Positions 48,958-62,389 of a stretch of DNA of 64,000 nt are shown here, one piece after another. The notes below the pieces were generated by a model, which worked only from the letters and a program-made list of their open reading frames with translations, made no database searches and had not been told where the DNA came from. The translations under genes and the position numbers were made by a program. Numbering within the stretch: the first letter of the stretch is position 1; every line of letters begins with the position of its first letter. This DNA comes from Lama guanicoe (Eukaryota). The stretch lies in contig MU053482.1 in NCBI GenBank assembly GCA_013239625.1, positions 533,168 to 597,167 of the forward strand. Reading direction: 5' to 3'.

Positions 48958-50934
48958 GCTGGGTAGAGTATTCTTAGTTGTAGGTTTTTTTCTTTTCACC
49001 ACTTTGAATAGATCATGCCACTCTCTCCTGGCCTACAGAGTTTCTGCTGAAAGTCAGCTGACAGTCTAATGGGAGTTATCTTTTGTATAACTAGTTGCTT
49101 TTCTTTTGCTTTTAAGAGTCTCTCTCTAGTTATAATTTTTGCTATTTTTATTGTAATGTGTCTTGGTGTGGGCTTCTTTGGGTTAATCTTGTTTGGGATT
49201 CTCTGTGCTTCCTGGACCTGGATGTCTATTTCCTTCTCAGGATATGGAAGTTTTCAGCTATTATTTTTTTCAGTTATGTTCTCTACTTCTTTCTCTCTAT
49301 TATCCTTCTTTGACCCCTATAATGCAAATATTAGTATGTTTGATGTTGTCCTAGAGGCCTCTTAAAATATCTTTATTTAACATTTTTTTCCTTTTTCCTG
49401 TTCAGCTTCACTGATTTCCACTACTGTGTCTTCCAGATTGCTGATCCATTCTTTTGTATCATTTGATCTACCTTTGATTCCCTTTAGTGTATTTTTATTT
49501 TAGTTTTGTGTTCTTTTCTTCTCATTGTTTCCTTTCCGCCCCTAACTTTTGTTGACATTCTCACTGTGTTGATCTGTTCTTTTCTTCAGATTGTTGAGCA
49601 TCTTTATGATCATTATTTTGAACTCTTTATTGGGAATGTTGCTTATTTTCATTTTGTTTAATGGCTTCATTAGTGGGCCTGCCTGACTCCCTGCATGGCT
49701 GCTGTTGCCTGCTGGTGCTTTGGATAGTGCTAATAGGCTAAAGGGAGGATTCCAAAGTGGAACTTGCCAGCACTGATGTCAATGCAGTAGAAAAAGATTC
49801 CGCAAATTGCTGCCACCAGCACCTCAGTCTCCAGAGGCATCCCAACTGCCTCCTGCCTTTCTGGGAAGCTCTGCAAAATCAAGTGTGTCTTACATAAACA
49901 CCTTTTAAACTACTGCCTCTATGCTAGAACTTGGAACATGTGAAATTTTGCACATATTCTTTAAGAACAGAGTCTCTGTTTTTCTATAGCCATCTGTCTT
50001 TCCCACATCCCTGCTGGTTTTCACAGCTTCACTTTCTGGGGCTTGTCTTCCCAGTGCAGGATCCCCAGGCTGGGTGGCTTGATGTGTAGCTCAGACCCCT
50101 CACTCCTTGGGGATGACCTCTCTAGTTATGATTTCTCTCCCATTTGTGGATTGATGACCTGGGAGTGTGGGTCCTGGCTATACCATGTCTCTGCCTTACC
50201 TACCTGTCTTATTGTGGCTCCTTTATTTCTTCAGTTGTGGAAAATCTTTCTGCTAATATTTAGGTCATTGTCACAAATCATTCCTCTGTAAATAGTTGTA
50301 ACTTTTGTTTGTCTGTGGGAAGAGGTGACTTAAGGGTCTTCCTACTCTGCCATCTTGATCTCCTGACCATTCTCCCATTTTGAAAAAGAAATCCATTTAT
50401 TTTACCCATCATAAATCTTATTATGGTATATTAATCCCAGAGGGAAAAAATGCTGTCTAAATCTCTTTTATAAATTGAATATTTAATATTTAGAAAAATT
50501 ATGCTGGGAAATAATCTTTTACAACATGTGCTTTCTTAGGATTTTCATTAATTTCAGTAATAAGAAAAAGCTTAAAGTTCTTTCATTATAAAGTTCTTTC
50601 ATTAGCTTTTGATCAAGATTTGACTACTGTAATTACATTTCATTTTTTATGTTGCTGAAGTGTTTTACTTATTGTTGCTTTCAATGAATTTTGTGGTCAT
50701 ATTTTTCATTCCTACCATCTATTTAAAAGATTACTTTCCTTGGATATGGTTTCAATTCTCCTGTAAGTCATGTCTTATACAGCAATAATCAGTACAGTCT
50801 TTTAAGGTCTTCACTTCTGAGTGGCTGAATACCTTCTTTTCTTTTTTCTGTTAATCTCTTCTGAACCTCATCTCATTTTAACAGTGGGCATTATTCATCT
50901 AGGAATACACAAACTAAAAATCCCTGCACCAACC

Positions 50935-53900
50935 TAAGGTTAGCAGAAGGAAAGAAATGATAAAGATCAGGGAAAAAATAAATAAAGGGAAACACTGGAA
51001 AAAAATCAATTAAACCAAGAGCTGGTTTTTTGAAAGAGTAAACAAAATTGACAAACCTGTGGCCAGGCTCACCAGGATGAAAAGAGAGAGGACACAAATA
51101 AACAAAATAGAAATGAAAATGGAAAAATTACAACCATCACTACTGAAATACAAAAAACCGTAAGAGGATACTCTGAAAAATGTCAACAAATTGGACAACC
51201 TAGAAGAAATGGTCAAGAGTCTAGAACATACAGTCCACCAAGACTGAATCAAGAAGAATTAGATAATTTGAAAAGACCAATCACTAGAAGTGAAATAAAA
51301 TCTGCAATAAAGAAACTCCCTGCAAACCGAAGTCCAGGACCAGATGGCTTCACTGGGGAAGTCTACCAAACATACAAAGAAAAACTCACACTGATTTCCT
51401 TCTCAAACTCTTCTAAAAGACTGAAGAGGAGGGAATACTCCCAGACTCATTCTGTGAAGCCACCATCACCCTGATACCAAACCCAGACAAAGACACTACC
51501 AAAAAAAGAAAATTACAGGCCAGTATCCTTGATGAACATAGATGCAAAAGTCCTGAACAAAATATTTGCAAATAGGATCCAACAACACATTAAAAAAATG
51601 TCATACACTATGATCAAGTTGAATTTACCCCAAGGACAGAAGGATGGTTCAGCATATGCAAATCAATCAATGTGATATACCGCATCAGCAAAAGAAAGGA
51701 CAAAAATCACATGATCACATCAATAGATGCAGAAAAAACATTTGATAAAATTCAACACCCATTTATGATCAAAACTCTTACCAAAGTGGGTATAGAGGGA
51801 ACATACCTCAACGTAATAACAGTTATTTATGACAAACCCACAGTCAACATAATACTCAATGGTGAAAATTTGAAAGCCTTCCTACTAAAATCTGGAGCAA
51901 GGCAAGGATGCTTACTCTTACCACTTCTATTGAACATACTATTGGGAGTCCTAGCCATAGCAATCAGATGAATAGAAGAAAGAAAAGGATCCAAACTGGG
52001 TGGGAAGAGGTAAAATTGCCATTATATGTGGATGATATGATCCTATATATAGAAAACCCTAAAGACTCCTCGTAAAAACTACTAGACTTGATAAAAGTAC
52101 CTGGCAAAGTAGCAAGATACAAGATTAACATATAGAAATCAGTTGCATTTCTTTACACTAACAATGAAATATCAGAAAAGGAAAGTGAAGAAACAATCCC
52201 CTTTAAAATGGCACCCAAAGTAATAAAATATCTAGGAATAAATCTGACCATGGAGGTGAATGAAAGACTTGTATGTGGATAACTACAAAACATTGATTAG
52301 AGAAATTAAAGTTGATTTAAAGAAATGTAAAGATATTCCATGCTCTTGGATTGGAAGAATTAATATTGTTAAAATGGCCATACTACCCAAAGCAATCTAC
52401 AGATTTAATGTGATCCCTATCAAATTACCCAGGACATTTTTCAGAGAACTAGAACAAATAATCCTCAAATTTATATGGAATCACAAAAGACCCAGAATTG
52501 TCAAAGCAATACTGAAGAAAATGAATGAAGCTGGAGGAACAACCTTCTCAGACTTCAGACAGTACTACAGAGCTATAGTAATCAAAACAGAGTGGTATTG
52601 GCACAAAAACAGACATATGGATCAATGGAACTGAATAGGGAGCCCAGAAATAAACCCAGAGACTTATGGTCAATTAATCTTTGACAAAGGAGGCAAGAAT
52701 ATACATTGGAGAAAAGACACTCTCTTCAGCAAGTGGTGTTGGGGAAACTGGACAGCTGCATGTAAATCAATGAAGTCAGAACCCTCCCTCATACTGTACG
52801 CAGAAATAAACTTAAAATGGCTTAAAGACTTAAATATAAGACAAGACACTATAAACCTACTAGAAGAACATAAATCTGACATAAATCTTAGCAATGTTCT
52901 CCTAGGGCAGTGTACCCAGGCAATAGAAATAAAAGCAAAAATAAACAAATGGGACCTAATTACACTTAGAAGCTTTTGCAGGACAAAGGAAACTATAAGC
53001 AAAACAAAAAGACAGCCTATGGAATGGGAGAAAGTATTTGCAGATGGTGAGACTGACAAAGGTTTAATTTCCAAAATATATAAACAGCTCATACAACTGA
53101 ATAATTAAAAAAGCAACAATCCAATCCAAAAACGGGCAGAATACCTAAACAAACAATTCTCCAATGAAGACATACAAATGGCCAATAGGTACATGAAAAA
53201 ATTCTCATTATCACTAATTATCAGAGAAATGCAAATCAAAACTACATTAAGTTGTCACCACATAGCAGTCAGAATGGACATCATTCAAAGGTCCACAATG
53301 ATAAAAGTGTGGAGAAAGGGAGGGTGTGGAGGAAAGGAAACCCTCCTACCCTGTTAGTGGGAATGTAGTTTGGTGCAGCCATTATGGAAAACAGTGTGGA
53401 GATTCCTCAAAAAGCTGAAAACAGACTTATCATATGATCCAGCAATGCCACTCCTGGGCATATATTGGGAGGGAAGTCTAATTTGGAGAGATACATGCAC
53501 CTCAATGTTCATAGAAACACTATTTACAATAGTCAAGACAGGGAAACAACCTAAATGTCCATCAACAGATTTCTGGATAAAGAAGTTGTGGCATATTTCT
53601 ACAGTGGAATACTACTCAGTGATAAAAAAAGAATGAAATAATGTCATTTGCAACAATGTGGATGGACCTGGAGATTGTCATTCTGAATGAAATAAGCCAG
53701 AAAGACAAAGAAAAAATACTGTATGAGATCACTTATATGTGGAATCTAAAAAAAAAAAAAAAGACACAAATGAATTTATTTACAAAACAGAAACAGAATC
53801 ACAGACATAGAAAACAGACTTATGGTTATCCAGTGGAAAGGGCATGGGAAGGGATAAATTGAGAGTTTGAAACAAGTTTCTGCTGTGTAGCACAGGTAAC

Positions 53901-54060
53901 TGTATTTAATATCTTGTAGTAATATATAATGAAAAAGTGTATGAAAAGGAGTATATGTATGACTGAAACATTATTCTATACACCAGTAGTTGGCACAACA
54001 TTGTAAACTGGTTATGCTTCAATGTAAAAATAACTTTAAAAAAGAATGTAAAAAAAAACT
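50935..54060 (+). mobile_element. Younger 5'-truncated L1 (ORF2 RT and C-terminus, 3' UTR); inactive
   Basis: [36 protein letters not shown] at 52025-52036, [24 protein letters not shown]; stops and frameshifts; A-rich end. Confidence 0.95.
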
Positions 54061-54910
54061 CAACACAAAATAAATATGGATGAAAGGCTTGAGCAGGTAC
54101 TTTGTAAAAGAGAATATCCGAGTAGTCATAAAACATGAAAAGATACATAATGTTCTTAGTCATCAGGGAAGTGCAAACAATATTGAGACAATACTACATA
54201 CTCCAGAATGGCTAAAATAAAAAGACTATTAATCATAAGAGTTGGTGAATATGAGAAGCAACTGGAACTGTCATATATTGCTAGTAAGGGTCTAAGCTGA
54301 TACTGCCACTTAAAAAATTAGCTGGTATTCTCTATTGAAATTGAAGAGGTATATAGATATATAGATATATTATAACCCAGAAATTCTCCTGGTAAAAAAA
54401 GCTAATGGAAATATATGTATAAAAGCAACAAAAGACATGTACAAGCATGCTTATTATAGCAGTATTTAAAATATGACCAAGCTGGAAAAACCCAAATGTC
54501 TTTCAGTTGTACAGTGAATAAATAAATTGAAATATAGTCATACAATGGAATATTATACAATAAGGAAAATGAACTAGCCAGAGCTTCATTTAGTAATAGA
54601 GATGAATCTCATGAACAGTATTGAGTGAAGGAAGCCAGACACAAACAACAAACTGAATCATTCAGTTTGCCTGTTCAAAAACAGAACTAATCTATGGTGT
54701 TGAACCTCTGGAGTAGAGAGTTACAGTAATTAGAAGAGGACATGTTGTGGTGGTGAGGGATTCTGGGAGGTTGGTGATGTTCTATAACTTGTCCTCTGTA
54801 GTGGTTACCCTGGTGTGTTTGTTTTGTGAAAACTCAGTGAGCTGCATATGTGCAATCTGTATTTTTTTGTAGTATAATGGTTATTTTCCATTTTTAAAAA
54901 GTGAAAAATA
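54060..54910 (+). mobile_element. Old L1 (L1MC/ME-like) 3' end
   Basis: 'tagtcatcagggaagtgcaaa', 'catacaatggaatattatac', 'gatgaatctcatgaacagtattgagtgaaggaagccagacac'. Confidence 0.8.
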
Positions 54911-54979
54911 ACTAGCCACATCTTTTATAGCCTTCTGATTCACCAAGAATTCTTTCTTTCTGGCTCTCTGGATGAGTAT

Positions 54980-55495
54980 GGTATTAATGAATAAAGACAC
55001 CCTTCATCCTTAAATATATATTTGTGATCTGATCCTCAGAACTTGTGACTGTGTTGCCTTACATGGCAAAACAAATAAACAAATTAATAAAAAAACTTTG
55101 CAGATAGGATTAAATTAAAGATCTTGAGATGAGGATGTTATACTGGATTATCCAGTTAGGCCCAGTGTAATCAGAAGAGTCATAAGAGGGGAGCATGAGG
55201 GTCAGAGATAGCGTGATTTAGTATGAGAATAACTTGACTAACCACTGCTGGCTTTGAGGATGGAAGAGGGTTATGAACGTAAAAAGGAGGGCAGCCCCTA
55301 GAAACTGGAAAAGGCAAGAAAATTGACTTTCCCTTAGAGCCTCCAAAAGAAATGTGGCTCTGCCAATAATTCATGTTTAGATCCATAAGGCCCAATATTG
55401 GACTTTACACCTCCAGAACTGTAAGATAATTAATCTGTTGTTTTAAGACACCAAGTCTGTGGCAATTTGTTACAGCAGCTGTATGAAACTAACAA
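54980..55495 (+). mobile_element. MaLR LTR (MLT1D-like)
   Basis: 'gattaaattaaagatcttgagatgagg...ctggctttgaggatggaag...ctccagaactgtaagataa...gcaatttgttacagcagc'. Confidence 0.85.
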
Positions 55496-56339
55496 TGGGT
55501 TATACATTGTACCTGTCAGAGTACTTTGCAAATAATAGCTGCTTTGTAAGTGTGTGCTGAATGAATGGTCAAGCTTAAAAGATATGATTCTTAAATATGA
55601 TGATGAGATTTTAGAAATAAATAAGGATGTCTCTGTGAGAATTCAAAGCCAGCATGATGTACTGTGATCAGGTTTTTTTTTTTTTTTCCCAGTTTCCCTC
55701 TGATCCTCAAACATCCTTAAAATTTCCAGGCTAAAGGTCTGGGGGTGAAGTAAAAGGAGTACATGTTTTGTAGTCATCAGGCACAACAATATTGGAGATG
55801 AGGATGCAGGTGAAGATGGCATAATTGGGGCTTTTTATTCCATGAGAAACATCTATTTGTCAAGAGGGAGATTAAAATTTTCTTTTTATAAAAGAAATGT
55901 GGAAAGAAATAAGATGGAGGTAATATTGGTCTCTGATATCCCAAAAGGAATTTGCCATGTGTCAGCTTTAAGATTCAGCCACAGTAATGTAGCACATTAT
56001 GGTAAAGTAGAGAGAAGTGCTGGGGTTAAGTGTAACAAAGATGCCCTGAGGTTTTGTGTGCTATGGATGCTCAATTGAAACCTAGTGGGCTGCCTTAGGC
56101 CTACCCTAGCAGAGTGAGTTGACTGAATCATCAAATGGTGTGGATTGCTGGGCCAACTTTTAGAGTGGAGGATGTGGCAATAAACTCAGGTTCTGCAGGC
56201 AGCTGGATCCTTGGCACAGTGTCAGCAATTCAGGAACATTGACCCTGCCAAAAATCTAGACCCCATGTTAACTAGGCAATTTAGCAGTGGTATCCCGCAG
56301 CATTATCAGTGATTAGGTGCACAGACGTGAGTGCTCTAG

Positions 56340-56358
56340 AGACCAGCAGGTGGCAGCC
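56340..56358 (+). promoter_or_regulatory. Candidate CTCF site
   Basis: agaCCAGCAGGTGGCAGcc closely matches the CTCF core motif. Confidence 0.5.
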
Positions 56359-57817
56359 GCCACATCAGGAAAAACCAGCATGAAGCTAGAGTCCCTTCTC
56401 AATGCCAGGAGTTTGTGGGAGCACACTCTTTCCACCCTACTTTGGGGAGACTCAGGGGAAACAGAGGCTGTCTGAGTGATTAAGCATTATTTTATCCAAT
56501 AGAACCAAATGCTTTATAAAAGTATATTTAAATTGTCAGATTGTATTACGTTTAAAGTAGATTGAAACTTTAGCTCCCTTTTTTTTTTCTCCTGCTAATC
56601 AGTGGGTGAGGATTTGGGAGGGATATTAATTATAGACTAACATAAGGAGAATTAAAATACTTCTCTACATCATCTGAATTGATGAAGCCATTCAGATTTC
56701 TTCCTGAATAAGCTTTTTAGGAGAAGAAAGAGAGGAGATCAGAGAAGTACATAGCAACTTACCTTTCTCTCTTCCTCTCCTCTCTCTTTCCCATCACTGT
56801 TTCCTGGTCTGTCTCTGAGTTTGGAAAGTTGGGAGGGAATTTAAACTTGCAGCCACAGCACACTTACTTCTGTGTGATTCTGTCTTCTCTTTCTTTAGGA
56901 CAGTGCTCTGCAGGCAGGAAAGTTTCTAATAAATATCCCCATTCAGTAGGTATGAGACGCTTTGCTAAATACAGAGTATATAAAGATGAAAAAGCTAGCC
57001 ATGGCCTGCACACAGGGAGCAGGGGGAATTGAGAAATAGGCATTTAAAACAAATGGTTATTACGAAGAAAAAGGAGCCGAGACTCACTTTTATACTGACT
57101 CTTTCTAGACCTGTGACTGTGAAGCCATCCCTAACCCCCAGTCAGTTACATTTTGTTCATCTTTTGCTCACATTTCCACTTTGCATTTCTATGCCACTTA
57201 ACGCATTTTATTTTGTCCTGTGCTTATGTTTCTCTACTAGTTTGTGTATGTCTTTGGGACGAGATCTGTCTAATTCACTTTTATAAGGCTTTGGGTCCTG
57301 GCAAAATTCTAGATACATAGAAATGTTGATGGTGAAAGAATGTCACTCAATCTCAGGTTTTTCAAAGATTTTAATTGCAATGCTATGTATAAATAGTGAA
57401 TATTTTGAAACCTAGTTTTCTACCAGTAGAGACCTAGTGAGTTACATAAGAGGGCTGTTGTGCTAGCATTAAACTTAATTATTTAAATAGACCAATATTG
57501 TTGATCTCAAAAGACGTCCATAGTAGGTTTTGAGTGGAAAAGAAGATTATAGGAGAAAACGTATACTACACATTACCATGTATGCAATTTAACTATGTGT
57601 CTATATGCCAGGAAGGATGATCATAAAAATGTTCACAGAAATTAATCTGAATGGTGGGATTTTTTGTGTTTTTAATTTTCTTTTTTATGTTTTTCCACAT
57701 TTTGGTATTTTTTAAAAAGGGATAATTATTATTTTAAAAATATAGAACTTAAAAAAATTTCATCAAAATCTGAGTCTCTTTTTCTCTCCTAATCAAAACA
57801 CTTCAGGGTCTCACTGC

Positions 57818-58027
57818 ATTGTGTTCCTCAGCCACGACTGTCCAAATGTCTCAGAGACATTGGCAATGTCTGGGCTAATACTTGGATTTTATGACTACAG
57901 GGTATGCTACTAGCATCTAATGGAAAAAGTCCAAGGATTCTGCTAAACATCCTATAAGGCATAGGACAGTCCCTTACAACAAATTATCTGGCCCCAGATG
58001 TCAACAGTGCAGAATTTGAGATGACCA
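57818..58027 (+). mobile_element. MER20 hAT MITE
   Basis: 'gacattggcaatgtctgg...gctactagcatctaatgg...ctgctaaacatcctata...attatctggccccagatgtcaacagtgc'. Confidence 0.85.
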
Positions 58028-59017
58028 TCAGAATTAATCTGATAAATTTCTTTACCACCATCGTTACCATGATAATTGTATGGATTTTCTTTTTTTGATC
58101 TTTCACCATAGGAATTTGTATGAAAGTACCCTCTATTCTTGTTCTGAAATTCTGTTATATTTTGCTTGCCAATTTTTTTAAAGAAAAATTTTCTGTATTT
58201 ATAAAGAGAGATTTTGTGTGTGTGTGTGTATGTGATATTGTATGCAAAACGTCCTTGTTCCAGCTTGTTATCAGCTCAGGCTTATGGAATGATTTGGAGG
58301 CTTCCATTCTTTTTTCTGCTCCCATACTTAAAACCAGTGAAGAGATTATCTGTTCTTGGTAGGTCTGATAGAAGTTTCTTTAAAAACTTCTTAAGGCTAC
58401 TGCTTTTTTGTGAGGTGATCTTTGACTTCCTTTTTGTTCTTTTCTCTATTATTGTTCTCATTAATATTTTAAACCAATTATAATCCATGTTTCATAATTT
58501 ATGTTTTCTTGAAATATATGTATTTCAGAAAGATTCAGATAGTATTATATCCTATTTCTCATTCCTAATATTTATGTCTTTCCCTTATATGTTGTTCAGA
58601 CTTGCCAAAAGACTTTTTCTGTGTGTGTTTAGTTCTTTTCAATTATCTAGTTTTGTAGTATTTATTTACTCTACATTTTTAATAAGTATATTATGTATCT
58701 TTTCTTATTTGAACATTTTGTCTTTATTAATTTATTTTGTCTTTTATTTTATATACCTACAGGAACAAAATGTCCTTTGAGTGATCCTTCCCCTCTAACG
58801 CATATATTTTGTTATTCCCTGTAAAATGTTTCAGTTGTCAATCATTTATAAGTAGTCTGTGATTTCCGTTTTGATTTCTACTTTATAGAAAATGATATTT
58901 AAAATGTCCAAATTGTTAATGGTTTGGGGGCATTTGTTCTCAACTTTAGATAATGTCTACAGTTTCTATATTTTGGGGCATGTTACATTTTGTTGGCCTA
59001 TTATGAATCAGTTTTCC

Positions 59018-59838
59018 TTTAAATAGATTTATTGAGATATAATTTACATACCACAAAGTTTACCTATTTAAAATGCACAGTTTAGTCATGTTTAATATAT
59101 TTAGAGTTATGTAGTCATCACCATACTCCATTTTTAGATCATTTTGTCACCTTTAAAACAAACCTTGTACTCATTAGCATTAACTCCTGCCTTCCCCTCA
59201 CTTCTGCCTCCCAGCCCTAGGCAACCACAATTCTACTTTCTGTCTCTATAGATTTGCCTCTCCTGGATATTTCACATAAATAGTATCATATAATATATGA
59301 TCTCTGTGTGTGGCCTTTTTCACTTAGTGTAATGTTTTATCTGTGACGTCATAGTGTGTATCAGTACTTCATTTTTTAAAATTTCTGAATAATAGTCCAT
59401 TGTATGAATCCTACTATATTTTATTTCTCCATTCATCAGTTGATAAATATTTGGATTGTTTCCACTTTGTGGCTATTGTGATTAATGCTGGTATGAACGG
59501 CTGTGTATAAGTTTTTGTGTGGACATAGGCTTCATTTCTGTTGGGTATATATGTAGGAGTAGAAATGCTGGGTCATATAGTAGCTCTTTGTTTAACTTTT
59601 GGGAACTTGACAAACTGTTTTCCAAAGTGGAAATGTGTCCCACTTCACATTCCCATCATCAGTGTATGGAGGTTCTAATTTCTCCAGTGTCATCAACACT
59701 TACATTATCTGCCTTTTTGATTATAGCCATTCTGGTGTGTGTGAAGCAATATCTCACTGTGGTTTTCATGTGCATCTCTCAAACAACTAATGACATTGAG
59801 CATCTTTTTGTATTCTTATTAGCCATTTCTATATCTTC
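59018..59838 (-). mobile_element. L1MB-like 3' end
   Basis: 'tttattgagatataatttacataccacaaagtttacc...ccagccctaggcaaccac...gacattgagcatctttt'. Confidence 0.9.
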
Positions 59839-60981
59839 CCACTTTCAACCCTGGAGGAGCAAGGGACAACACAGTAATGAAAGAATAGTAAAGGAACAGG
59901 GTGGGAACATAGTGAAGAAGCTAACCTCTCTCCCTTTCTGCATTGCCAGACTGATGCAGGCCTGGCATTGGCAGGAGATGGGCTTTCAATTGAATAAGAG
60001 ATTTCATTAGATGGTTATTAAATTTTTTATAGGCTAAGATTCACTGAGGAAACTATGGGACTTACCTGATATTTCATCCAGGGTTGTTAAGAACTGGGTC
60101 TACACAACAGACTGAAGGAGACAGTCCTGAGAAAAATAAAATTGCTGTTTGCTTGTACCCTACTGATTCCAACTCATTCAGTAAGCCAGTTATATTTGTC
60201 ATAAAAAAGGCAAACCATTTCTAGGGTAGAAATAAAGGTGGATAATTTATGTCTTAAGAAACAAAGAGATAAAGTTCGATTCATTCAGCAAATTAGGAAA
60301 GGAATGAAAAGAAACAAAAAACAAAAAACCTATAAAAAAGCCACTTGTATTTGACATTTTTACTCACTATCATAAAGTTTTAGTCACCGTCTCCACACTA
60401 GTCCTGGTCTGGAAAAGATCTCTAATTTACTCCAAAAAACCAAGATCTTTGGACACACTTCAGACTTATTATTTTGATCTCTCTGCAGCCTTCAAAACTG
60501 ATCAGTCACTTCCTTCTTGAAACTCTTCATTCCTTCATCCCTTGACAACACTCTAACATGGAGGTTCTATTTGTCTCTGTCCCAAAGCTCAGTCGTGGGC
60601 ATCAGAGTTATATTGAAAATACCTGCTGGTGCTTTGATTAATACCCTCTGTGGGGGTCCTACAGTCAACAAATCAAACAGAATTCATGATCTTCCCCTTT
60701 CCAAGCATCTCCACCTCAAAGTCTGTTCTTTCTTTTGTGTTTCCATTCTTGATGAATGAAACTTCCACCTGCTGAGCTTATTAAAGCAGATGGGAGTCAT
60801 TATTGATCTTTCATATATGTGTTTGAATCCCATTGTTTTGACTGCCTACATATTTCTTGAATTTATCTTTCCCTCTATATCCTTGTTAAAGCTGCCATAT
60901 TTCTCTTTGTCTTTTTTTTTCCCCCCATGAATTAATATAGCAGCTTCCTAATCAGGTCACTTTCCTCTTGTCTTAGATTTC

Positions 60982-61268
60982 ATTTTTTTTTTTTAGGATT
61001 TAAAGTAATATTTTATTTATTTATTTATAATTTTTTATTGATTTATAATCATTTTACAATGTAGTGTCAAATTCCAGTGTAGAGCACAATTTTTCAGTTA
61101 TACGTGAACATATATATATATATTCATTGTCACATTTTTTTCTCTGAGATACCCTAAGATCTTGTATATATTTCCCTGTGCTATACAGTATAATTTATCT
61201 ATTCTGCAATTTTGAAATCCCATTCTATCCCTTCCCACCCCCCGCCTCCTTGGCAACCACAAGTTTTG
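60982..61268 (-). mobile_element. Short young L1 3'-end insertion with poly(A) and 12-bp TSD
   Basis: T-run at the left end; perfect TSD gtcttagatttc (60970-60981, 61269-61280). Confidence 0.85.
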
Positions 61269-61550
61269 GTCTTAGATTTCTAATTTATCTTTCACAGGAA
61301 AGTCAGAATGATCTTTCCAAAGGCAAATCAGAACATTTCACTTCTTTGAGCAAAACTCATCAGTGGTTCTCCATTGATTTAAAATTGTACTCCAGACTCT
61401 TTTGTACAGCACAAAATGACCCTTAGAGTGATTAGCTTCCTCAGTTTTCATTTATGCTTGTCTCCTTTATGTATACTTTGGAATTTTTTAGGTCTCCAAA
61501 TATCTACATCTTCTTTTGCCTTTCAACCAGGTTGTTCCTTCTGCTTAGAA

Positions 61551-61665
61551 CAGTGTGACCAGTTGTCCTAGTGTGTCTAGAATTTACCTGGTTTTAGCCC
61601 TGGAAGTTTCCCCCACCCCCTGCAACCCAACCTTGCCAGGCAAACAGGGTTAGTTTATCACTCTA
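61551..61665. mobile_element. MER81-like hAT-Blackjack MITE (115 bp)
   Basis: Ends cagtgtgacca...ttatcactcta; 8-bp TSD gcttagaa/gctcagaa. Confidence 0.75.
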
Positions 61666-62389
61666 GCTCAGAATGTCTCTTTCTTTTTAGTCTTCCTGAT
61701 TTGTTCTTTAAGAGTCTGCTTAAACTGACTTCTTCTAAAATCCTATTCTAACACACTTTTTCCTCTAGGCTGAAATGTATCTGCATACATGAAAAGGAAA
61801 GGGATTACCACATTCTACTTTAATCTGTTTCTGCTACACTTTGCGTTCTTTGAAGAGAGACAGTATTTTATTCATCTCTAAATCTCTTCAAGTCATGCAC
61901 ACCTAGCATAGTGTTTAGCACATAGTAGGCCACTGATAAATATTAGTTGTACAATATTAGAAAAACCCAGGGCATCTATCTTAATGCTATATTTGACAAA
62001 TATCATAAATACTTTGCTGATTAAATTAGTCTAGTATTTCCAAATGTTTCTGTTGTTTCGACATTGAAATAAAATGTTTTATTTTTACTCATCTAAAAAA
62101 AAAATCTGCCTGTGAAATAGGACTGTCAAAATGTGATCAATCTTATCAATGCTGACAATAAAGTTGACTGAGTACAATCAAGTGGTAAAAGATGTACTAT
62201 TTCAGGGGAAAACTAAAATTAATAAAAGATAAAATCTAACAAGAAGAGCTAATAGCAATAAAGCAAAAAAATTATATACAGGTAGGGAAAAAATAACCAA
62301 AATTCATAATGGCACTTTAGCATATTTTTTGGAAACAGAGTCAAACAGGCAAAAATAAATAAAGATAGAAAAAGTTAAAATAACACAAT

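Larger units (their letters stand above)
44630..50362 (-). mobile_element. Near full-length degenerate L1 (5' UTR, ORF1 part, ORF2, 3' UTR) with deletions and nested elements
   Basis: 5' end ggagatcaagatggcagagtagg at 50362-50340; ORF2 remnants SGTRQRCSLSPLLFNIVL and [17 protein letters not shown]-rich 3' end near 44640-44670. Confidence 0.9.

Noticed and set aside
50935..54060. Reverse-transcriptase ORFs as an active element or a novel RT system
   Set aside because: Ordinary L1 ORF2 with stops and frameshifts, 5'-truncated.
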